From Meiothermus sp. (GTDB taxonomy: Bacteria; Deinococcota; Deinococci; Deinococcales; Thermaceae): a DNA stretch of 64,000 nt. The DNA lies in NCBI RefSeq assembly GCF_026004075.1, contig NZ_BPIK01000001.1:658041-722040 (forward strand), written 5' to 3'. A model generated the notes under the pieces. The model searched no databases. It was not told the origin of the DNA and worked only from the letters and a program-made list of their open reading frames with translations. Each line of letters opens with the position of its first letter. Positions within the stretch are counted from its first letter, which is position 1. A program made the position numbers and the translations under genes. Shown piece after piece: positions 31,701 to 39,215 of the stretch.

Positions 31701-32535
31701 GAATCGGGAAGCGCAACTGACTTCTTCCTTCGGTCCAGAACATCTGCCCCTCTTTGACCGTGAGCAGCCCTTCGAGTACGCCGTTGCGGTTGAGGGTTAT
31801 AGTTACACGGTAGTAGTTCAGATCGCGATAGAGCCCCCAGGCTAGTGCCTCGAGCACCTGGCGCTGTTCGAGGTTGCGCACCAGATACCTGGAGATGGTG
31901 TTGACCGCCTCCAGAACCTGGGCATTGCGAGCAAGGCGGTTTTGATGCTCTACGGTGGTTTCGTAAAGCCGGGCGTTGCGTAGAGCAAGTGCTACCAGAC
32001 GAGCCAGGACTGGCAAAAGCTGGCAGGTCTCCCCATCGAGGGTCAGTCCTTCCAGGGATAGCACACCCACCCCGCCGAAGTGCGTGCAGGAAGGACAGCG
32101 TTCGGCTCGCTCCGCAGCTCGGATGCGAGGCCTCAGATTACAGCTGGCCTCGGGGTTGTTCCAGCAGTAGGGCTTGCCGCCTGCCGGCGCAGCGCTCGAG
32201 TGAACCGGCAGCAGTATTTCATCCGGCAGCTCGAGCCCCTCAGGAGAACCAAAGAAGGCTTGTTGGATTGGGCCATCGTGCGCTAGCGATAGCGATATGG
32301 CCGAGACGGTGTGGTTGGTGCCCACGCCAGTCCCCACTTCACCACGCAATTCGCCTTCCTCGGTGTGATACAAGAAGATCGCGGCTCGCTCGGCCCCCAG
32401 ACTGTGTGTTGCAGCTGTGAGTAGATTGCGCAACATTGGTTTTAGCTCGAGTCCGGACAGCAGAGCCTCGTGGAAACCCGCCAGCTTATCGAGTATTTTT
32501 GCGATATTGTCACGGCGTTGAAACAGGCCCATCAA
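28780..32535 (-). CDS. Soluble multi-sensor histidine kinase (GAF/PAS repeats, HisKA, HATPase_c), 1251 aa
   Basis: C-terminal H box FVSAVSHELRTPL, N box LLSNAFKFT, G boxes DTGPGI and GTGLGLYISK. Several GAF and PAS-like segments lie upstream. No obvious TM helix. Confidence 0.9.
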   Translation of the reverse strand: MMGLFQRRDNIAKILDKLAGFHEALLSGLELKPMLRNLLTAATHSLGAERAAIFLYHTEEGELRGEVGTGVGTNHTVSAISLSLAHDGPIQQAFFGSPEGLELPDEILLPVHSSAAPAGGKPYCWNNPEASCNLRPRIRAAERAERCPSCTHFGGVGVLSLEGLTLDGETCQLLPVLARLVALALRNARLYETTVEHQNRLARNAQVLEAVNTISRYLVRNLEQRQVLEALAWGLYRDLNYYRVTITLNRNGVLEGLLTVKEGQMFWTEGRSQLRFPIQSSSDPFARAARERRPLQVGEKELPATARAQQMAFVPITAYLPILAEEEVLGVVAVDHGDSGRTVDPDELRYVQLLSYVAGAALKNAYAFEEREQANRALALERQKLIQALELMGDAVVVLEEYEGFANRKAREILGLDKQVALDNLPPELYPALEGQPVEYLHQGRTFSALGTRDGRLWVLVLHEITGIRQAQQRLENQSRFLGHLADVTRQALESPDSASLLRTLANHLSSLFAADQVYLTLWDEAHNKPLPVAAYGFSTERYLEVGTESSGGTFTEAALRLGRVLVIEDTQQTPYAATSLTRQFPAASAMVLPFIAQSRWLGAAILGYTQNRKFSDLEAMQAQQAAELIALALLKTRLLEELERRERRFKALLESSQDVVYVISPEGFLRYVSPNAKAVLGYDPEGYLSAEVDGLSFFHSEDRPRAQALFRELLSAPGSTREAELRMMDAHGQVRQVELWGRNLTHDPAVGGVAVTLRDVSQRHQAELARQESERRYRGIFDHTEDAIFLIEIEPDGTFRFEGNNPAHQRQTGIALEDIAGKTPHELLPRELAEQVSANYRRALSEGRAISYEETLELPAGRRTWLTQLVPIPNREGRIDLIAGISRDISERKLAEAALRESEARNRAILQALPDLLFMMDDNGTLLAYQGRRDQLLMNPEDFLGRRIAEVLPLEVAERIQLAIAEVLASGEMRSVEYSLNIQGEPLDFEARVAQSGERQVLAVVRDITQQKQLERMKQEFVSAVSHELRTPLVGILGFAELLEEEPNLDEESREFARLIRESGLRLKNMVDNLLDSNRLESGRFEISRRRVDLTPTLRDVAAAFRGVAQLSSITFELQIEQLPSLLADPDRIGQVIGNLLSNAFKFTPKNGRIVLRAFVKENCLRIEVEDTGPGISPEEAGRLFQRYSRTRTALERGVRGTGLGLYISKAIVDAHNGTIGVNSEVGKGACFYVELPISATEVMNPARST

Positions 32536-32615
32536 ACTTCAGGTTAAATGCCCAGCCACCTTGGAGCTGTTCAAATTGCCCAAGTCGCTTCCGGAAACCG
32601 TCCTAGAATGCCTAT

Positions 32616-33668
32616 ATGACAACTCTTTTCCCGGTAATCATGGCCGGAGGGAAGGGAGAGCGATTCTGGCCCCTTTCCCGCCAAGATCGACCCAAGCAGT
32701 TTCTTAAGCTGCTACCAGATGGGCGCAGCCTAATTCAGGCAACAGTAGACCGGCTCATGCCGTTGGTGGGCGGATGGGAAGAGGTATGGGTAGTAACTAC
32801 CTTTAACCTGCTGGAGGGTATAGGTGAACACCTGCCGCCCCTGCCTGCCGAAAACCTGCTCATTGAGCCCGAACCACGGGACACTGCTGCTGCGGTGACC
32901 TATGCAACCCTCGAGATTCAACGCCGATTCGGGGATGATGCGGTTTTGGGCGTGTTCCCAGCAGACCACCACATCCAGGATGAAGAGCGTTTCCGCCAGG
33001 CGGTGCACGCCGCTGCAGAATTGGCGACACAGCGTGAGGCGATTGTTACGTTGGGTATCCAGCCTACCTTCCCGGCTACCGGATACGGCTATATCCAGCA
33101 GGGGGAGAAGATAGGGGCGTATGCAGGCCTGGAGGCTTTCACCGTTAACTGTTTTGCTGAAAAACCCGACCAGGCAACGGCTGAGGCCTACTTACGAGAG
33201 GGCAATTACTGGTGGAACGGGGGCATTTTTGTTTTTCGGGCGGGGGTGATGTTACGCGAGCTGGCACGTTTTGCTCCCCAGGTACTGGAACCGCTGCAGG
33301 CTAAGGGGCGTGAGGCTTATGCAGAGCTGCCTAAAAAGAGCCTGGACTACGCGGTGATGGAGCATACCGACAAAGCGTGCGTGATACCGGCTAGTTTTGG
33401 CTGGGACGACCTAGGCGACTGGAATGCCCTCGAGCGGTTGCTGGGGGCGACCGATAACCTCGAGCTTGCCCGCCACGTGGGTCTGGACACCCACGGCTCC
33501 ATCCTCTATACCACCGGCAACGATATCATCGTGACCCTGGGCCTTGAGAACGTGCTGATCGTACGTGACGGCCCCATTACCCTGATTGTGAAAAAAGAGC
33601 GCAGCCAGGAGATCAAAAAAGTCCTCGAGGCCCTGCGCCGCGACCCCGAGTTGGCCCGACACCTCTAG
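32616..33668 (+). CDS. Mannose-1-phosphate guanylyltransferase (GDP-mannose pyrophosphorylase)
   Basis: N-terminus PVIMAGGKGERFWPLSRQDRPKQFL. Length is 350 aa, the nucleotidyltransferase-only form. Confidence 0.88.
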   Translation: MTTLFPVIMAGGKGERFWPLSRQDRPKQFLKLLPDGRSLIQATVDRLMPLVGGWEEVWVVTTFNLLEGIGEHLPPLPAENLLIEPEPRDTAAAVTYATLEIQRRFGDDAVLGVFPADHHIQDEERFRQAVHAAAELATQREAIVTLGIQPTFPATGYGYIQQGEKIGAYAGLEAFTVNCFAEKPDQATAEAYLREGNYWWNGGIFVFRAGVMLRELARFAPQVLEPLQAKGREAYAELPKKSLDYAVMEHTDKACVIPASFGWDDLGDWNALERLLGATDNLELARHVGLDTHGSILYTTGNDIIVTLGLENVLIVRDGPITLIVKKERSQEIKKVLEALRRDPELARHL

Positions 33669-33672
33669 ACCT

Positions 33673-34872
33673 ATGGATCGCAGACGTTTTCTACAAAACA
33701 GCCTGGCCTTGTTTGCAGCCATGCTGGTGGTTAATGTGCTCAACTACGGCTATGCCCTGATTCTGGGGCGCTGGCTGGGCCCCACCGAGTATGGGAGCTA
33801 TGCCGCTTTTATGTCGCTATTTTTGCTTTTGACGGTGCTGCCCTTATCTTTGCAACAGGTGGGGGCGCGCTACGCCGCAGCGGGCTCGAGCGCGCTGACC
33901 TATACCCGCCTGCAGGCCCTGCGACTGGGGGGCACGCTGGGCCTGGCCCTGGCCCTCCTCAGCTTCCCATTAGGCCAGCTGAGCGCGCTGCCGCCCTTGT
34001 GGTATATCGTTCTGGGTGCTTTCCTACCCTTGTATGCCTTGCTGGGCGCGGCTCGCGGCGAGATCCAGGGGCGTCAGCAGCACAGCCAGCTGGGTAACAA
34101 CATGGTGTTGGAGCACCTTAGCAAGATTATCCTGACCTTTCCGGCCCTGCTAATTCTGCCAGGAGCGACCGCTGCAGTAGTGGCGACCCTGGTGGGGGTG
34201 GGGGTGGCGCTTGGGGTGCTGGGGAAAACCCTGCGGGCACAGGGGCCATCACGTCCGGAGGGTGGCTACGTCCTGGCTACGGGCAGCAATCTACTGGCCC
34301 AGGCCCTGATTCTCAATGCCGACGTGCTTTTGGCCAAGGCTTTGCTCGAGCCTACCCAGGCCGGTCTGTATGCGGCAGTGGCCATGATTGGCAGAATTGT
34401 TTTTTACGGCTCCTGGGCGGTGAGCATGGCCGTTTTTCCGATGGTGGCTCAGGCCCATGCCCAGGGACAAAACACCGCACGGCTGCTGGGATGGGCCTTT
34501 TCCAGCGTTGCCCTGATTAGCCTGGCTTTTGTTGGCGTCTGTGCCGCAGTACCCGAATGGGTGGTGGAGGTGCTGTTTGGGCCAGGTTATTTGGCGGCGG
34601 CTTCGCTGGTAGCCCCATATGCCCTGATGACTACTTTGTATGCCCTGGCCAACGTAATTTCCAATCATCTTTTGGCTCAAGGGTATGGCCAGGTGGGCTG
34701 GTGGGGGCTGGGCGCTGGTCTGTTGCAATTGCTGCTGATGTCGGCCTGGCATAGCTCTGGCCAGGAACTTATTGTGGCTCAGATGGTCGCCAAAGGCTTG
34801 CTGCTACTAGGTTTCATGCTTCTGATCGCTCAACAAGTTTTACGCTACGGGAGGCCGTATGTCCTACGCTGA
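33673..34872 (+). CDS. MOP/Wzx-like polysaccharide flippase family membrane protein
   Basis: Polytopic. The N-terminus FLQNSLALFAAMLVVNVLNYGYALILGRWLGPTEYGSYA resembles polysaccharide-biosynthesis (Wzx) proteins. Confidence 0.7.
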   Translation: MDRRRFLQNSLALFAAMLVVNVLNYGYALILGRWLGPTEYGSYAAFMSLFLLLTVLPLSLQQVGARYAAAGSSALTYTRLQALRLGGTLGLALALLSFPLGQLSALPPLWYIVLGAFLPLYALLGAARGEIQGRQQHSQLGNNMVLEHLSKIILTFPALLILPGATAAVVATLVGVGVALGVLGKTLRAQGPSRPEGGYVLATGSNLLAQALILNADVLLAKALLEPTQAGLYAAVAMIGRIVFYGSWAVSMAVFPMVAQAHAQGQNTARLLGWAFSSVALISLAFVGVCAAVPEWVVEVLFGPGYLAAASLVAPYALMTTLYALANVISNHLLAQGYGQVGWWGLGAGLLQLLLMSAWHSSGQELIVAQMVAKGLLLLGFMLLIAQQVLRYGRPYVLR

Positions 34873-35638
34873 CTTTGAACGCTGGCGTGACCAGGAATGC
34901 CCTAATCCGAAATTGTCGGTGGTGATTCCGGCCTATAACGAATCCGAGCGAATTTTGCCCACCCTGGGGGCTTTTGCGGTGGTGGTTTCGGGGATGGAGC
35001 TGTGCTGGGAACTTATCGTTTCCGACGATGGCTCTGTCGACGGTACCGCCGATTTGGTTGAGCGGCTGGGCTGGAAGAACCTGCGGGTGCTGCGCCACGC
35101 CAATACTGGCAAGGGCGGGGCCGTACGCCGGGGGGTACTGGCAGCTAAGGGACAGCGTGTGCTTTTTGCAGACGCCGACAACTCTACCCCGATTGAAGAA
35201 CTTCCACGACTTTTAGCAAAGCTGGACGAAGGCTTTGACCTAGCGGTGGGGTCTCGAGCAGCTGAAGGAGCTAAAGAAGAGAACAAAAGCCTGGTGCGCC
35301 ATCTGGCTAGCTGGGGGCTGCGCTTGCTGGCCCGCTGGCTGTCGGGTGTGACTGTCAAAGACACCCAGTGTGGTTTCAAGCTGTTTAGCCGCAAGGCGGT
35401 TCAAGAGTTATTTCCGCGCCAGCGTATGATGGGTTTTTCGTTTGACCTCGAGCTTCTCTACCTGGCCAATCGTCTGGGGCTAAAGGTAGCCGAGGTGCCG
35501 GTGCGCTGGTTCGACGCTCCCGGCTCCAAGGTAGATCCTGTTAAGGACTCGCTTAAGTTCCTAAAAGACATCCTGGAAATCCGACGACTCGACCGGCAAG
35601 GGGTTTATCAGTCAGCCAGTGCGGAGGTAAGGGGCTAG
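34859..35638 (+). CDS. GT2 glycosyltransferase, DPM1/ALG5-like polyprenyl-phosphate hexose synthase
   Basis: Contains LSVVIPAYNE, VSDDGSVDGT, NTGKGGAVRRGVL and FADADNSTP. The start overlaps the flippase stop by 14 nt and follows GGGAGG. Confidence 0.85.
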   Translation: MSYADFERWRDQECPNPKLSVVIPAYNESERILPTLGAFAVVVSGMELCWELIVSDDGSVDGTADLVERLGWKNLRVLRHANTGKGGAVRRGVLAAKGQRVLFADADNSTPIEELPRLLAKLDEGFDLAVGSRAAEGAKEENKSLVRHLASWGLRLLARWLSGVTVKDTQCGFKLFSRKAVQELFPRQRMMGFSFDLELLYLANRLGLKVAEVPVRWFDAPGSKVDPVKDSLKFLKDILEIRRLDRQGVYQSASAEVRG

Positions 35639-35639
35639 T

Positions 35640-36803
35640 ATGCACCTGGCACTCGTTACCACCTACCCTCCCAGCCAGGGCACCTTGGTGGAGTATGGGG
35701 CCCATCTGGCACGGGTATTTGCGGCCAAGCCCGAAATCGAACGCCTAACGGTGTTGGCCGACTGCCTACCTAAAGAGATGGCCGCTCCCCCCGACCCGAC
35801 CAATGTTCGCCGGGTCTGGACTTTCGGTAGCCCACTTAATTCGCTGCGCCTGGCTCGCACCATTCAGCAGCTTCGGCCGGATGGCGTAATCTATAACCTC
35901 CAGTTTGCCAGCTTCGGTGGATCCGCTGTTCCGGCTGCGCTGGGCCTGCTAGCCCCGGGCATGACACGGGCTTTAGGCATACCGACCATCACTTTGTTGC
36001 ACAATCTTTTTGAAACCATCGACCTGCGCCAAGCAGGTTATGCACAGAGCCCCTTCAAGGAGCAGGTGCTGCGGGCAGGGGGGCGGCTTTTTACCCGACT
36101 GTTGTTGCAAAGCCACCTGGTCGCCACGACCATGCCCACCTATGTAGAGATTTTGCGGCGCGAATATGGGGCTAAGAACGTGTTTCTGGCGCCCCACGGG
36201 GCCTTTGAAGACCCCGGCCCCCCACCGCCCCTGCCCGAGGCTAAGCGGGTGCTGGCCTTTGGGAAGTTTGGCACCTACAAGCGCTTGGAAACCCTGCTGG
36301 AAGCGCACCAACTTCTGCTAAAGCGCGACCCAGCTGTAGAGCTGGTGGTGGCTGGTACCAACTCGCCCAATGCGCCTGGATACCTCGAGGGCTTACGGGC
36401 AGTTTACGGCGATATCCCCGGCGTGATTTACACCGGTTACGTGCCCGAGGAGGAGGTGGCCAAGGTTTTTAGCGAGGCGTATGTGGTTGCTTTTCCTTAT
36501 ACCGCCACCACCGGCTCCTCTGGGGTGCTGCACCAGGCTGGACAGTATGCCCGACCTGCGGTTATGCCACGCATCGGCGATCTGGCTGAGCTGGTAGAAG
36601 CCGAGGGGTACCGGGCCGAGTTTTTCTCACCTGGGGATGCCAAGGGGCTGGCAGAGGCCCTGTGGCGGCTATTTAGCGACCGTGAGTACGCCCAACAAAT
36701 TGGACTGGCCAACTACCGCGCCTCGGTAGGGGTTTTGCTCGAGGACGTGGCAGACTGGTACTTACTTCACTTTGAACGCCTGAGGAGGAAATATGCACAT
36801 TGA
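35640..36803 (+). CDS. GT4-family (GT-B fold) glycosyltransferase
   Basis: The C-terminal half contains FGKFGTYKRLETLLEA..., VFSEAYVVAFPY and SSGVLHQA, resembling the EX7E region of GT4 enzymes. Confidence 0.8.
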   Translation: MHLALVTTYPPSQGTLVEYGAHLARVFAAKPEIERLTVLADCLPKEMAAPPDPTNVRRVWTFGSPLNSLRLARTIQQLRPDGVIYNLQFASFGGSAVPAALGLLAPGMTRALGIPTITLLHNLFETIDLRQAGYAQSPFKEQVLRAGGRLFTRLLLQSHLVATTMPTYVEILRREYGAKNVFLAPHGAFEDPGPPPPLPEAKRVLAFGKFGTYKRLETLLEAHQLLLKRDPAVELVVAGTNSPNAPGYLEGLRAVYGDIPGVIYTGYVPEEEVAKVFSEAYVVAFPYTATTGSSGVLHQAGQYARPAVMPRIGDLAELVEAEGYRAEFFSPGDAKGLAEALWRLFSDREYAQQIGLANYRASVGVLLEDVADWYLLHFERLRRKYAH

Positions 36804-37083
36804 GCGTTACGACCAAGATGGTCGAACCATCTACACGTTGCAAGGGCGCTTTGATGCACACCAGGTGCCCATGCTCAAAAGCAGCTTGGAGCTGGGCTCC
36901 AACACAGTGCTGGACATGGCAGGGGTCAACTTTGTGGACTCGAGCGGCCTGGCGTTGCTGGTGAACCTGTACAAGCGCGCCCGCGAAGAAGGTAGAACGC
37001 TAACAATTCGCAACCTGCAAGACCCGGTGCGTCTGATTCTGGAGATTACCGGATTGCTTGGGATTTTGCCCATTGAGGCTTGA
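36793..37083 (+). CDS. STAS-domain anti-sigma-factor antagonist-like protein 1
   Basis: Contains LDMAGVNFVDSSGLALLVNLYKRA, with the phosphorylatable Ser in DSSGL. The start overlaps the GT4 stop. Confidence 0.88.
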   Translation: MHIERYDQDGRTIYTLQGRFDAHQVPMLKSSLELGSNTVLDMAGVNFVDSSGLALLVNLYKRAREEGRTLTIRNLQDPVRLILEITGLLGILPIEA

Positions 37084-37085
37084 GT

Positions 37086-38201
37086 ATGCCCGATACGGCT
37101 TTACAGGAACTGGAAAACCTTAGTGAAGCCCTGGCCGATTGCTACGACCGCACGGTATGGCTCGAGCATCTAATGGTGCGTTCGGCCCAAATTGCCAGCG
37201 AGGCCGATGTTCTGGCGTTGCTGTCGGAAGCCGCACAGGAACTTTCGTGTGCTGGAGCGGCTATCTGTGCAAGAGGGCGCTGGCTGCAGGAGGTGCCTTC
37301 GTGGCTGGCTGCCCTTCCTGCTCCTGCCAAGCGGCTGCAAAGGCGCGAGGAAGCACTGTACGCAGTGGCTTTTCCTGGGGGTTGGCTGGCTTTGTGGGGG
37401 CACTCGATGCCGTTCAGCGCCCACGACCAGCGTATTGTTGACGCGTTGGCGCAGATGATTGGGGTCTCGCTCGAGCGTTTGGAAGACCAGGTGTTGAGGG
37501 AGCGACTGAGACTGGAAGAACACGAACGTGCTCTGGCCAGCCAGATTTGGAGTACGTTGGTGCCCAATCAACTGTCCGCCCCGACCGGCTATACCCTGCT
37601 AAGCAGCTTTCAGCCTGCCCGCGACCTGGGCGGAGATTTTCAGCTAGCTCTAGGGAGCTGGCGTGTGCTGGGAGACGTTAGTGGTAAAGGACTGCCAGCC
37701 GCTATGCACAGTGGGCTGTTGAGCGGCCTTGTACCCATAGCCCTCGAGCAGCCCAATCCGCTCAAGGCTTTGGCGAGCGCCGCAGCACCTTTGCTCGAGC
37801 GAGCCGGGGCTTTTGCTACCCTGGCGCTGATTAACTTTGAACAGAACGGCAGCCTTGTTTATGGCAGCTTTGGCCACCCACCTTTGTTGGTGCGCCGCCT
37901 CGATGGCAGGGTAGAGGCCCTGGGCGCTACCGCTCCACCCCTGGGACTTTTTGACCCTCCTCCAGAGGCGATGCGGCATTTCGAACTGAGGCCAGGAGAG
38001 CTATTGCTGGTGTACACCGATGGTCTCATTGAAGCGGCCCGGAACGGTGAGCTGTTTGGTCTCGAACGCCTAAGCAACCTGCTGGAGGCCAATTCCGAGC
38101 CCGAGGTTTTTTTACAGGAACTTAGAGCAGCCATGCACGCCTTCGAGGTAAGTGACGACTTTGGGCTACACATTTATCGGTATGTGGGGGTGGGGTCATG
38201 A
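37086..38201 (+). CDS. PP2C/SpoIIE-family phosphatase with N-terminal input domain (RsbU-like)
   Basis: Contains ARDLGGDF, LGDVSGKGLPAAM, YTDGLIEA and a terminal DD. Confidence 0.85.
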   Translation: MPDTALQELENLSEALADCYDRTVWLEHLMVRSAQIASEADVLALLSEAAQELSCAGAAICARGRWLQEVPSWLAALPAPAKRLQRREEALYAVAFPGGWLALWGHSMPFSAHDQRIVDALAQMIGVSLERLEDQVLRERLRLEEHERALASQIWSTLVPNQLSAPTGYTLLSSFQPARDLGGDFQLALGSWRVLGDVSGKGLPAAMHSGLLSGLVPIALEQPNPLKALASAAAPLLERAGAFATLALINFEQNGSLVYGSFGHPPLLVRRLDGRVEALGATAPPLGLFDPPPEAMRHFELRPGELLLVYTDGLIEAARNGELFGLERLSNLLEANSEPEVFLQELRAAMHAFEVSDDFGLHIYRYVGVGS

Positions 38202-38560
38202 GATTAGTTCTTACCCTACCTGCTTGCACCGGCTCCCTCGAGCCACTGTCGGAGTTTTTGCGTGCTCAGGGGCTGGGTATTTTAGAAGAGCTGGTGGTGA
38301 ACGAACTGGTAACCAACGCCATTGTGCATGGGCGAGCCCGCTGTTTTCGTGTGCGCATGGGGTCGGGATGTAAGCGGGTGTGGTTGCTCGACGATGGCAT
38401 GCCCTTTAATCCCCTCGAAGGGCCGGTGCGGCCGATGGGAGAGATGCGTGAAGGAGGGTACGGAATGGCAATTGTACATAAGGTGGCACGTGGGTTGCGG
38501 TACTCTAGGAAAGGTGGCTGGAACTGCCTTACGCTTGAGTTTGGCGAGGTGGAAAGGTGA
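38198..38560 (+). CDS. RsbW/SpoIIAB-like serine kinase (HATPase_c), 120 aa
   Basis: Contains the N box ELVVNELVTNAIVHG and G boxes LLDDGMPFNP and GGYGMAIVHK. ATGA overlap with the phosphatase gene. Confidence 0.8.
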   Translation: MRLVLTLPACTGSLEPLSEFLRAQGLGILEELVVNELVTNAIVHGRARCFRVRMGSGCKRVWLLDDGMPFNPLEGPVRPMGEMREGGYGMAIVHKVARGLRYSRKGGWNCLTLEFGEVER

Positions 38561-38868
38561 TTCACTACGAGATGATCTCCGAAACTGCAGCCCGGTTTGC
38601 CATAGAAGGTCGACTGGATGTACAACAAGCCCCTGTTTTACGCCAGTCTCTGGGCGAAGCCCGCGATCGTGGAGCCAAGGATCTGCGACTGGACATGAGC
38701 GGGGTGGATTTCATGGACTCGGCTGGTCTGGCTGCGCTGGTTTCCGGGCTTAAGCAGGTCAAAAACAATGGGGGTAGCCTGGTTATTGAGAACCCCAGCC
38801 CGGCAGTGCGGAAGGTGCTCGAGCTAACCCTTCTGGACAAAGTTATCCCAATTGAAGAGGGCGCATGA
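38557..38868 (+). CDS. STAS-domain anti-sigma-factor antagonist-like protein 2
   Basis: Contains LDMSGVDFMDSAGLAALVSGLKQ. The GTG at 38557 overlaps the kinase stop (GTGA) and follows GAGGTGGA. Confidence 0.88.
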   Translation: MIHYEMISETAARFAIEGRLDVQQAPVLRQSLGEARDRGAKDLRLDMSGVDFMDSAGLAALVSGLKQVKNNGGSLVIENPSPAVRKVLELTLLDKVIPIEEGA

Positions 38869-39215
38869 TTTTAGCTGTAGACGACGAACCTCACATTCGC
38901 CATGTGCTGCGCTTGGTTCTGCAGCGGGCAGGCTATGAGGTACTGGTGGCGGATAATGCACGTGAGGCGCTGGATACATGGCAGAGCCGCCCGGAGATCC
39001 GCCTTCTGGTTACCGATCTGGTGATGCCAGGCATGAACGGGTTCGATCTGATTCGCCAAGTACGCCAGACCTCGAGCCTGCCCATATTGGTGCTGACAGC
39101 CAGCGGTGAAGAGCAATTCGAAATCGAAGCGCGCCAACTGGGGGCAGATGCATTTTTAACCAAGCCTTTTTCCCGCGAGGAATTGCTGCGCGAGGTGAGC
39201 CGGCTCCTCGGCTAA
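38865..39215 (+). CDS. Stand-alone response-regulator receiver (CheY-like)
   Basis: Contains ILAVDDEPHIR, LLVTDLVMPGMNG, VLTASG and FLTKPF. ATGA overlap with the upstream gene. Confidence 0.9.
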   Translation: MILAVDDEPHIRHVLRLVLQRAGYEVLVADNAREALDTWQSRPEIRLLVTDLVMPGMNGFDLIRQVRQTSSLPILVLTASGEEQFEIEARQLGADAFLTKPFSREELLREVSRLLG

